Source: Pseudomonas aeruginosa (GTDB lineage: Bacteria > Pseudomonadota > Gammaproteobacteria > Pseudomonadales > Pseudomonadaceae). Taken from it: a DNA stretch of 32,000 nucleotides. Positions within the stretch are counted from its first letter, which is position 1. Each line of letters begins with the position of its first letter. The notes beneath the pieces are model-generated. The model was not told the DNA's origin. It saw nothing but the letters and a program-made list of their open reading frames with translations, and did not search any database. The translations under genes were made by a program, and so were the position numbers. Location: assembly GCF_001457615.1 (NCBI RefSeq), contig NZ_LN831024.1, forward strand, positions 2,940,001-2,972,000. Reading direction: 5' to 3'. Positions 16,374 to 23,984 of the stretch are shown here, one piece after another.

Positions 16374-16484
16374 GGGGGCGGGCCGGTCCGCGCCGCGGGC
16401 CGGTCCTTTGGCCGGCGAGAGCCACGCACGGGTGGCGCCATATCCATATGCGTTTTCGGTATTTCCGCTTGATCGTTCATGGCG

Positions 16485-16513
16485 TTTACCATCACAGCAT
16501 AACTTGTTATAAC
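16485..16513 (+). promoter_or_regulatory. Candidate sigma70 promoter of the GntR-led operon
   Basis: -35 TTTACC (16485-16490), a 17-nt spacer and -10 TATAAC (16508-16513), in the most AT-rich part of the chiC-GntR spacer. Confidence 0.4.
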
Positions 16514-16517
16514 AAGT
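16502..16517. promoter_or_regulatory. Perfect 16-bp palindrome ACTTGTTATAACAAGT, candidate GntR/HutC-family operator
   Basis: Exactly self-complementary with the GT…AC core characteristic of GntR-family operators. It overlaps the candidate -10 and lies 32 bp upstream of the regulator's ATG. Confidence 0.55.
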
Positions 16518-16548
16518 GTCCGAGCCACTCCGACAAGCGAATCCGACC

Positions 16549-17298
16549 ATGGGCAAACTGCTCCCGCTTTCCCCCGTGCCGCTGTACAGCCAGCTCAAGG
16601 AGCTGCTGCGCGGGCGCATCCTCGACGGCGTCTACCCGCCGCTCAGCCGCATGCCCTCGGAGAACGAGCTGGGCAAGGCCTTCGACGTCAGCCGCATCAC
16701 CGTGCGCCAGGCGCTCGGCGACCTGCAGAAGGAAGGGCTGATCTTCAAGATCCACGGCAAGGGCACCTTCGTCGCCCGGCCGAAGGCGTTCCAGAACGTC
16801 AGCACCCTGCAAGGCCTGGGCGAGTCCATGACGCAGATGGGCTACGAGGTCATCAACCGCCTGCATGGCCTGCGCTACGTGCCGGCCGGCGCGCGGGTGG
16901 CCGAGCGCCTGCGGGTGGAAGAGGGCAGCCCTGTGTGCGAGATCAAGCGGGTGCGGCTGGTCAACCGCGAGCCGGTTTCGCTGGAAGTCACCTACCTGCC
17001 GCAGGCGCTCGGCGAGCGCCTGGAGAAGGCCGACCTGGTGACCCGCGACATCTTCCTGATCCTCGAGAACGATTGCGGCATTCCCCTCGGCCATGCCGAC
17101 CTGGCCATCGACGCGGTGCTCGCCGATGCCGACCTGACCCGCGCCCTGGCGGTCGAGGAGGGCGCGCCGATCATGCGTATCGAGCGCCTGACCCATGCCG
17201 CCGACGGCGCGCCGCTGGACTTCGAATACCTCTACTACCGCGGCGACGCTTTCCAGTATCGCCTGCGCATCGATCGGCAGAAGGGAGAGCGGGCATGA
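16549..17298 (+). CDS. GntR-family transcriptional regulator, HutC subfamily (wHTH plus UTRA effector domain)
   Basis: N-terminal LYSQLKELLRGRILDGVYPPLSRMPSENELGKAFDVSRITVRQALGDLQKEGLIFKIHGKGTFV is a canonical GntR wHTH, and the C-terminal half is UTRA-like. ATG 16549 is preferred over GTG 16516, which lies inside the operator/promoter. Confidence 0.88.
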   Translation: MGKLLPLSPVPLYSQLKELLRGRILDGVYPPLSRMPSENELGKAFDVSRITVRQALGDLQKEGLIFKIHGKGTFVARPKAFQNVSTLQGLGESMTQMGYEVINRLHGLRYVPAGARVAERLRVEEGSPVCEIKRVRLVNREPVSLEVTYLPQALGERLEKADLVTRDIFLILENDCGIPLGHADLAIDAVLADADLTRALAVEEGAPIMRIERLTHAADGAPLDFEYLYYRGDAFQYRLRIDRQKGERA

Positions 17299-19019
17299 AC
17301 ACCCTGGAGCAGGAATACGACATCGTGGTGATCGGCGGCGGCACCGCCGGGCCGATGGCGGCGATCAAGGCCAAGGAGCACGACCGCGAACTGCGCGTGC
17401 TGCTGGTGGACAAGGCCAACGTCAAGCGCAGCGGCGCCATCAGCATGGGCATGGACGGGTTGAACAACGCCATCGTCCCCGGCCACGCCACGGCCGAGCA
17501 GTACACCCGGGAAATCACCGTGGCCAACGACGGCATCGTCAACCAGGCGGCGGTATACGCCTATGCCAGCCACAGCTTCGAGACCCTGCGGCAGCTGGAT
17601 CGCTGGGGCGTCAGGTTCGAAAAGGACGAGACCGGCGACTATGCGGTGAAGAAGGTCCACCACATGGGCGCCTATGTGCTGCCGATGCCGGAAGGGCACG
17701 ACATCAAGAAGGTGCTCTACCGCCAGCTCAAGCGTGCGCGGATCCCCATCGCCAACCGCCTGGTCTGCACCCGCCTGCTCACCGATGCCGAGGGCGCGGT
17801 GAACGGCGTACTCGGTTTCGACTGCCGCAGCGGCGACTTCCATGTGATCCGCGCCAAGGCGGTGATCCTTTGCTGCGGCGCGGCGGGCCGCCTGGGCCTG
17901 CCGTCCTCGGGCTACCTGATGGGTACCTACGAGAACCCGACCAACGCCGGCGACGGCTACGCCATGGCCTATCATGCCGGCGCCGAGCTGGCCAACCTGG
18001 AATGCTTCCAGATCAACCCGCTGATCAAGGACTACAACGGCCCGGCCTGTGCCTACGTCACCGGCCCGCTGGGTGGCTATACCGCCAACGCCAGGGGTGA
18101 GCGCTTCATCGAATGCGACTACTGGAGCGGGCAGATGATGTGGGAGTTCCACCAGGAACTCGAAGGCGGCAATGGCCCGGTGTTCCTCAAGCTCGACCAC
18201 CTGGCGGAGGAAACCATCCAGACCATCGAGGACATCCTCCATGGCAACGAACGCCCCAGTCGCGGGCAGTTCCACGCCGGGCGCGGCACCGACTACCGCC
18301 AGCAGATGGTCGAGATGCACATTTCCGAGATCGGCTTCTGCTCCGGCCACTCGGCCTCCGGCGTGTGGGTCAACGAGAAGGCCGAGACCAGCGTGAAGGG
18401 CCTCTACGCAGCCGGCGACATGGCCGCGGTGCCGCACAACTACATGCTCGGCGCCTTCACCTATGGCTGGTTCGCCGGGCGCAACGCCGCCGAATACGTC
18501 GCCGGGCGCGCCTTCAGCGCGGTCGACAGCGCCCAGGTCGAGCGCGAGCGTGCGCGGATCGAGGCGCCGCTGCTGCGCGAGCATGGCCTGCCGGCGGCGC
18601 AGGTGGAGTACAAGCTGCGCCGGCTGGTCAACGACTACCTGCAACCGCCCAAGGTGACCCGCAAGATGGAATTGGGCCTGCAACGCATCCAGGCCATCGC
18701 CGAGGATCTGGAGCGGATCAAGGCGGACAACCCCCACGAGCTGATGCGCGCCCTGGAAGTCAGCGTTATCCGCGATTGCGCGGAGATGGCCGCGCGCGCC
18801 TCGCTGTTCCGCACCGAGAGCCGCTGGGGCCTGTACCACCACCGGGTGGACTATCCGCGGCGCGACGACGCTGCCTGGTTCTGCCACGCGCACCTGAAGA
18901 AGGACGAGCAGGGACGCATGGCCAGCTTCAGGAAACCGGTCGAACCCTACCTGTTCGCCATCGACGAGGGCGAACAGCAGGCCTACCAGCGCCTGCGGCT
19001 GAGGAACGACGCCGCCTAG
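17295..19019 (+). CDS. FAD-dependent oxidoreductase of the fumarate reductase/succinate dehydrogenase flavoprotein superfamily, AprA-like
   Basis: Rossmann motif DIVVIGGGTAGPMAA, GLYAAGD near the C-terminal FAD contact, and a tail RTESRWGLYHHRVDYPRRDD that I associate with APS-reductase alpha-type proteins. The start overlaps the regulator's stop (ATGA at 17295-17298). Confidence 0.8.
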   Translation: MNTLEQEYDIVVIGGGTAGPMAAIKAKEHDRELRVLLVDKANVKRSGAISMGMDGLNNAIVPGHATAEQYTREITVANDGIVNQAAVYAYASHSFETLRQLDRWGVRFEKDETGDYAVKKVHHMGAYVLPMPEGHDIKKVLYRQLKRARIPIANRLVCTRLLTDAEGAVNGVLGFDCRSGDFHVIRAKAVILCCGAAGRLGLPSSGYLMGTYENPTNAGDGYAMAYHAGAELANLECFQINPLIKDYNGPACAYVTGPLGGYTANARGERFIECDYWSGQMMWEFHQELEGGNGPVFLKLDHLAEETIQTIEDILHGNERPSRGQFHAGRGTDYRQQMVEMHISEIGFCSGHSASGVWVNEKAETSVKGLYAAGDMAAVPHNYMLGAFTYGWFAGRNAAEYVAGRAFSAVDSAQVERERARIEAPLLREHGLPAAQVEYKLRRLVNDYLQPPKVTRKMELGLQRIQAIAEDLERIKADNPHELMRALEVSVIRDCAEMAARASLFRTESRWGLYHHRVDYPRRDDAAWFCHAHLKKDEQGRMASFRKPVEPYLFAIDEGEQQAYQRLRLRNDAA

Positions 19020-19104
19020 GGCCCCACGCCCCGGCGTAGTACCGCTAGACACCGAGCCCGCCGCCACGAAAGCGGGCCAGATCGAACCACGAGGACCGCG
19101 TGCC

Positions 19105-19350
19105 ATGGCCTACCGACCCCAGGACATCTTCTTCCGCAGCAGCGCCCCGGTGACCATCGACGAAGACCGCTGCATCGCCGACAAGGGCTGCACCGTCTGC
19201 GTCGAGGTCTGCCCGATGGACCTGCTGGCCATCGATCCGACGACCCGCAAGGCCTACATGGCCTACGACGAGTGCTGGTACTGCATGCCTTGCGAAAAGG
19301 ACTGCCCGACCGGCGCGGTGAAGGTCGAGATTCCCTACCTGCTGCGCTGA
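19105..19350 (+). CDS. 2x[4Fe-4S] ferredoxin, AprB-N-terminal-like
   Basis: 81 aa with two cluster motifs: C-x5-C-x2-C-x3-CP (CIADKGCTVCVEVCP) and C-x2-C-x2-C-x3-CP (CWYCMPCEKDCP). RBS GAGGA is upstream. Confidence 0.85.
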   Translation: MAYRPQDIFFRSSAPVTIDEDRCIADKGCTVCVEVCPMDLLAIDPTTRKAYMAYDECWYCMPCEKDCPTGAVKVEIPYLLR

Positions 19351-19484
19351 CGCCCGCTCCCGGCAAGCGAGGCAGAACCCGCCATCCGGCCACTCCCGGA
19401 CGCCACTCTGAAACACCCCTCGTTTCCCACCACCGTCCGGGTGGCGGAGACGATTCCCATGACCATGATTCGAGGGGAATCCCC

Positions 19485-20891
19485 ATGCGACTGCGTGCAA
19501 TCCTGGCCAGCCTGGCGCTGGCCCTGACTTCCCTGGGTGCCCAGGCGGAAACCATCCGCGTGGCCATCGGCACTCAGGACACCACCATCAACTGCGCCGC
19601 CGGCGGGCTGCTGATCCGCGAGCTGGGCCTGCTGGAGAAATACCTGCCGCGCGACGGCCGCTACAAGGATGCGGACTACCGGGTGGAGTGGAAGAACTTC
19701 ACCAGTGGCGCACCGCTGACCAACGAGATGGTCGCCGGCAAGCTCGACTTCGGCGCCATGGCCGACTTTCCCGGCACCTTCAACGGTGTGGCCTTCGCCG
19801 CCGCCGGCAAGCGCAGCCTGTTCATCAGCGTGCTGTCCGGCAGCACCCGTGGCAGCGGCAACGGCATCGTGGTACCGAGCGGCTCGCCGGTGCAGTCGCT
19901 GGCCGAACTGAAAGGCCAGACCATCTCCGTACCGTTCGCCTCCACTGCCCATGGCATGCTGCTGCGCGCGGTGGCGGCGCAAGGCTGGGACCCGCAGCGC
20001 GACGTGACCATCATCGCCCAGCCGCCGGAAATCGCCGGTTCGGCCTTGCAGGCGAACAAGATTGCCGCCCATGCCGACTTCGTACCCTTCGCCGAGCTGT
20101 TCCCCAATCGCGGCTTCGCCCGCAAGATCTACGACGGTTCCCAGGCCAACGCGCCGACCTTCCATGGCGCGCTGGTGGACGCCGCCTACGCCGAGCGCTA
20201 TCCGGAGGTGGTGGTGGCCTACCTGCGGGCGAGCATCGAAGCCAATCGACTGCTGGCCGCCGAACCGGAGAAATACAGCGAGCTGATCGAGAAGGTCACC
20301 GGCATCGAGGCCGAGGTCAATTACCTGTTCCACGGTCCGCTCGGCCTGCAGACCCGCGACCAGGCCTGGAAACCCGAATACCGCCAGGCGCTGGCGACCT
20401 CCATCGACACCCTGAAGCTGCTGAAGAAGGCCGACCGTGGGCTGGACGTCGAGCGTTTCGTCGACGACCGCTACATCCGCGAGGCCTACCGTCAGGCCGG
20501 GCTGGACTACCAGGCGGCGCTGGCAGACTACGCACCGTCGCCGCTGCGCGCCAGCGACGCGCGCAGCGGCCGGCCGATCGAGGAGTTCGAACGGGTAGCG
20601 CAGATCTGGGTGAAGGGCGAGGCCAGGGTGCGCCATTACGCTTCGCCGGAGTCGGCCCTGGCCGATCTTGCCGAGCTGAAGGCGCAGGGCAAGGCGATTC
20701 GTGCGATCTACGCCCAGGATCGTGACAGCGGGATCAAGCTGCTGGCCAACCAGGCGTGGTTCGTCCGCGACGGCGAGGGTCGCCTCAACGCCTTCCTGCT
20801 CCGCGAGCAGGCCCAGGACTATGCCCGCCGCCATGGCGGCGAGGTACGCGACTTTGCCGCCGCCAGCCAGCAGGCGCTGGCGCTCCGCTGA
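19485..20891 (+). CDS. Periplasmic ABC substrate-binding protein (NMT1/SsuA-like) with an extra C-terminal domain of about 120 aa
   Basis: Signal peptide MRLRAILASLALALTSLGAQA/ETI and RBS GAGGGGA. The body resembles sulfonate/nitrate/HMP-type binding proteins, and the tail from about 20520 onward lies beyond the usual fold. ORF-track start 19272 is rejected. Confidence 0.8.
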   Translation: MRLRAILASLALALTSLGAQAETIRVAIGTQDTTINCAAGGLLIRELGLLEKYLPRDGRYKDADYRVEWKNFTSGAPLTNEMVAGKLDFGAMADFPGTFNGVAFAAAGKRSLFISVLSGSTRGSGNGIVVPSGSPVQSLAELKGQTISVPFASTAHGMLLRAVAAQGWDPQRDVTIIAQPPEIAGSALQANKIAAHADFVPFAELFPNRGFARKIYDGSQANAPTFHGALVDAAYAERYPEVVVAYLRASIEANRLLAAEPEKYSELIEKVTGIEAEVNYLFHGPLGLQTRDQAWKPEYRQALATSIDTLKLLKKADRGLDVERFVDDRYIREAYRQAGLDYQAALADYAPSPLRASDARSGRPIEEFERVAQIWVKGEARVRHYASPESALADLAELKAQGKAIRAIYAQDRDSGIKLLANQAWFVRDGEGRLNAFLLREQAQDYARRHGGEVRDFAAASQQALALR

Positions 20892-20915
20892 GGCGGGCGT
20901 CTTCGGAGTCCGCCC

Positions 20916-21713
20916 ATGAGTTCGCTTCCGATCTCCCGACCCTGGCGCTGGGCCACCCGCGCCGCTTCGCTGGCGGCCTGCCTGGCGTTCTGGCAGCTCG
21001 CCGCCGGTCTGCAACTGAATCTGGGCCTGGTGACCTTCGCCAACGTGCCGACGCCCGGTGCGGTGTTGCTGGCGGCCTGCAACCTGGCCCAGTCCAGCGT
21101 GCTCCTGGCGCACCTCGGCGCCAGTCTGGCGCGGGTCTTCGCCGGCTATCTGCTGGCCGCCGCGCTGGGCATCGCCCTCGGCCTGGCGATCGGCCGCTCG
21201 GCCTGGGCCGAGGCCTTGCTGCTGCCGCCGCTGGAAGTGCTGCGGCCGATCCCGGCGGTGGCCTGGATTCCCCTGGCGATCCTGATGTTCCCTTCGTCGG
21301 AGGCCTCGATGATCTTCATTACCTTCACCGGCGCGCTGTTCCCGATCCTGCTCAATACCGTGCATGGCGTGGAGGCGCTCGATCCGCGCCTGCTGGCTTC
21401 GGCGCGCAGCCTGGGGGCGGGGCGCCGGGCGCTGCTGCGCGAGGTGCTGCTGCCCGGCGCCGGACCGGGCATCTTCACCGGCCTGGCGATCGGCATGGGC
21501 ACCTCCTGGTTCTGCCTGGTGACCGCCGAGATGATCTCCGGGCAATGGGGACTGGGTTACTACACCTGGGCTTCCTACAACATCCAGAACTACGACGAGG
21601 TGGTGGTCGGCATGCTGCTCATCGGCCTCTTCGGCATGGGCAGTAGTGGGTTGGTGAAGCGCGTCGGCGCGTCGCTGACGCCCTGGTACGCGGCGGGAGG
21701 CAAGGTCCGATGA
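20916..21713 (+). CDS. ABC transporter permease (SsuC/TauC-like family)
   Basis: 265 aa, polytopic, with EAA-type loop LLASARSLGAGRRALLREVLLPGAGPGIFTGL. Confidence 0.88.
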   Translation: MSSLPISRPWRWATRAASLAACLAFWQLAAGLQLNLGLVTFANVPTPGAVLLAACNLAQSSVLLAHLGASLARVFAGYLLAAALGIALGLAIGRSAWAEALLLPPLEVLRPIPAVAWIPLAILMFPSSEASMIFITFTGALFPILLNTVHGVEALDPRLLASARSLGAGRRALLREVLLPGAGPGIFTGLAIGMGTSWFCLVTAEMISGQWGLGYYTWASYNIQNYDEVVVGMLLIGLFGMGSSGLVKRVGASLTPWYAAGGKVR

Positions 21714-22564
21714 CGACGGCCGGCAACAGCCTGGGGCGCATCCAGATCCGCGACCTGAGCATCCGCCTGGGGCAGGGGAGCGAAGCCTTCGAGGCGGTCC
21801 GCGATCTGAGCCTGGAGGCGCGGCCGGGCGAGTTCGTCTGCCTGCTCGGGCCTTCGGGATGCGGCAAGTCGACCCTGCTCGGCGCCCTGGCCGGCCACCT
21901 GCGGCCAAGCGCCGGCAGCGTGAGGGTCGACGGCCGGAGCGTGGAAGGACCTTCGCCGCAGCGTGGCATGGTATTCCAGCAGCACACCCTGTTCCCCTGG
22001 CGGCGGGTCCGCGACAACGTCGCCTTCGGCCTGAAGATGCAGGGCCTGGCCCGCGCCGAGCGCAACCGGCGCGCCATGGAGATGCTCGGACTGGTGGGGC
22101 TGGCGGACTTCGCCGGGCGCTGGCCCGGCCAACTGTCCGGGGGTATGCAGCAGCGCGTGGAGATCGCCCGGGTGCTGGTCAACCGGCCGCGCCTGCTGCT
22201 GATGGACGAGCCCTTCGGCGCCCTCGACGCGCAGACCCGGCTGAAGATGCAGACCTTGCTGCTGGACGTATGGGCGCGGGTCCGCACCACGGTGCTGTTC
22301 GTCACCCACGACATCGACGAGGCCCTGTACCTGGCGGACAGGGTGCTGGTGATGAGCCCCCGTCCGGGACGGATCATCGCCGACCTGGCGCTGGACTTCC
22401 CGCGCCCTCGCGACACCCGGCTGGTGACCAGCGCCGACTTCGTGCGCCTGAAACGCCACTGCCTGGAACTGCTCGACCACGACGACGGCCGCCAGTTGCC
22501 GCGCCTGACCCCGCTCGGCTTGCCGCCGGGCATCACCCCGGACCGACTGCGGATCGCCATATGA
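21710..22564 (+). CDS. ABC transporter ATP-binding protein
   Basis: Walker A GPSGCGKST, signature LSGGMQQR, Walker B LLLMDEPF and H-loop VTHD. The start overlaps the permease stop (ATGA at 21710-21713). Confidence 0.93.
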   Translation: MTTAGNSLGRIQIRDLSIRLGQGSEAFEAVRDLSLEARPGEFVCLLGPSGCGKSTLLGALAGHLRPSAGSVRVDGRSVEGPSPQRGMVFQQHTLFPWRRVRDNVAFGLKMQGLARAERNRRAMEMLGLVGLADFAGRWPGQLSGGMQQRVEIARVLVNRPRLLLMDEPFGALDAQTRLKMQTLLLDVWARVRTTVLFVTHDIDEALYLADRVLVMSPRPGRIIADLALDFPRPRDTRLVTSADFVRLKRHCLELLDHDDGRQLPRLTPLGLPPGITPDRLRIAI

Positions 22565-23526
22565 CCTGTAAAAACGCCACCCTGCCCGAAATCCTCGAAC
22601 TGTCGCCGCGCCTGGAGGACGCCGACCCCGGCGTACGCCGCCTGGCGCTGATCGAACTGGCCGACCTGGAGCTGCCGGAGGCGCTGCCGTTGCTGATTGC
22701 GGCCCTGCGCGGCGATCCCGACCCCGGCGTGCGCGGCGAGGCCGCGCGCCTGCTGGAGGCCTGGGAGGAAGACGCGGTGGTCGATGCGCTCTGTGCGGCC
22801 CTGGCCGATCCGGTGCCGGCGGTGGCCGATGCCGCCGCGCAGAGCCTTGGCGAACTCAAGGAACCGGCCGTCGGGCGGCGCCTGCTGCCGTGGCTCGGGC
22901 ATGCCGATGCCTTCGTCCGCGCCAGCGTATTGCGTGCGTTGCGCGAACTGCGCCTGGAGGAGAGCGCCGTGCCGGCCCTGGCCGCCCTCGGCGATCCGCA
23001 GGCGGCGGTGCGCCGCGAGGCGGTGGCGGTACTCGGCTGGCTCCGCCACCAGCCGGCCCTGGCCGAACTGGCCAGGCTGGCCAGCGCCGATGTCGACCCG
23101 GAGGTACGCCGGGCGGCCACCGGCGCCCTCGGCCTGAGCCGCGAGGCGACGGTGCTGCCGGCGCTCTGCGCGGCGCTGGCGGACGCTCAATGGCAGGTTC
23201 GCGAAGAGGCGGCGACGACCCTTGGCAAGCTGGGCCGGGAGGAGGCCGGCGAGCCGCTGCTGAAGGCCCTGGCGGACGACTACTGGCAGGTCCGCCTGCG
23301 CGCCGCGCGGGCGCTCGGGCGCTTGCGCCACCGCCCGGCGCGGGAGGCGCTGGAAGCATTGCTCGGCCATCCCATCGGCAACCTGCGCAAGGAGGCCGCC
23401 CTGGCCCTCGGCGAACTGGCGGACCCGGCCTCGGCCCAGGCCTTGCGGGTCGCCGAAGGCGACGGCGATCCCGAGGTGCGCAAGGCGGTGCGCATCGCCC
23501 TGGCGCAACTGCGGATGCCGGCATGA
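22561..23526 (+). CDS. HEAT-repeat (PBS-lyase-type) protein
   Basis: 321 aa made almost entirely of about ten 31-aa repeats of the form L..aL.D.d..VR..Aa.aLG.l. The start overlaps the ATPase stop (ATGA at 22561-22564). Confidence 0.85.
   Translation: MTCKNATLPEILELSPRLEDADPGVRRLALIELADLELPEALPLLIAALRGDPDPGVRGEAARLLEAWEEDAVVDALCAALADPVPAVADAAAQSLGELKEPAVGRRLLPWLGHADAFVRASVLRALRELRLEESAVPALAALGDPQAAVRREAVAVLGWLRHQPALAELARLASADVDPEVRRAATGALGLSREATVLPALCAALADAQWQVREEAATTLGKLGREEAGEPLLKALADDYWQVRLRAARALGRLRHRPAREALEALLGHPIGNLRKEAALALGELADPASAQALRVAEGDGDPEVRKAVRIALAQLRMPA
22600..23510 (+). repeat. Intragenic tandem array of about 10 HEAT-like units (about 93-nt period)
   Basis: Recurrent D(P/A)xxxVR(x)2A(x)3LG units, e.g. 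DADPGVRRLA, DPDPGVRGEA, DPQAAVRREA, DVDPEVRRAA, DAQWQVREEA, DDYWQVRLRA, DGDPEVRKAV. Confidence 0.7.
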
Positions 23527-23804
23527 CCCAGCCGCCGCTGCGCCTGCGCAATTCCGCCAGGGACGGCTGGCTGATGCTCGAATGGGCGGACGGCGCGGTC
23601 AGCCGGATCGACCATGCGCGCCTGCGCGCCGCCTGTCCCTGTGCGCAATGCCGGGCGCAGCGCCTGCGCGGACGGATCGTCGCGGCGGAGCAGGGCGTGC
23701 GCCTGCGCGATATCCGCCTGCAGGGCTACGGCGTGCAGTTGCTGTTCGACGATGGTCACGAGCGCGGTATCTACCCCTGGTCCTATCTGCGCGACGAACT
23801 CTGA
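23523..23804 (+). CDS. DUF971-family small protein (gamma-butyrobetaine-hydroxylase N-terminal-like Zn/Cys domain)
   Basis: 93 aa with LEWADG…RLRAACPCAQC (CPCAQC at 23634-23651) and the C-terminal DDGHERGIYPWSYLR typical of DUF971. The start overlaps the HEAT gene's stop (ATGA at 23523-23526). Confidence 0.75.
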   Translation: MTQPPLRLRNSARDGWLMLEWADGAVSRIDHARLRAACPCAQCRAQRLRGRIVAAEQGVRLRDIRLQGYGVQLLFDDGHERGIYPWSYLRDEL

Positions 23805-23970
23805 GGCGGGTATTGTTCCGCTCCCGGCAACAACGTGAAGCGTGTTCATGGGTTTCAGATTGTTGCCAATCCCTGCGTTGTCCCCGTCCCGCCACGGCCA
23901 CCACCCGGGTGACCCGCTCGGAGGCCCGCCGCCTGGCTTCGTTGTCGTTTCCGTAACACTGTTTTCCAGC

Positions 23971-23984
23971 CTGAAACGTTTCAG
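23971..23984. promoter_or_regulatory. Perfect 14-bp palindrome CTGAAACGTTTCAG, candidate LacI-family (Cra/FruR- or PtxS-like) operator
   Basis: Exactly self-complementary, with a TGAAAC|GTTTCA core and central CG as in LacI/GalR-family operators. It lies in the 341-bp AT-rich spacer, about 165 bp upstream of opbA. Confidence 0.5.

Noticed and set aside
16374-16440. Possible chiC terminator (GGGCCGGTCC repeated; GCCGG…CCGGC)
   Set aside because: The repeat is direct rather than inverted. The only stems are 5-6 bp and there is no T-tract, so a terminator call is not supportable.
16438-16450. CCATAT-CCATAT tandem hexamer / CATAT-CC-ATATG in the chiC-GntR spacer
   Set aside because: It is very short and could arise by chance in an AT-rich spacer. 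No functional inference is possible.
19452-19481. Inverted repeat GATTCCC…GGGAATC that could sequester the binding-protein RBS, plus a 22-codon uORF from ATG 19459
   Set aside because: The stem is only 7 bp with a 16-nt loop, so predicted stability is low. The uORF has no RBS. This is not enough evidence for a regulatory element.
23959-23969. CTGTTTTCCAG resembling the GltR site tgGTTTTTc
   Set aside because: It is one T short and too short or degenerate to distinguish from chance. It is mentioned only because it abuts the LacI-type palindrome.
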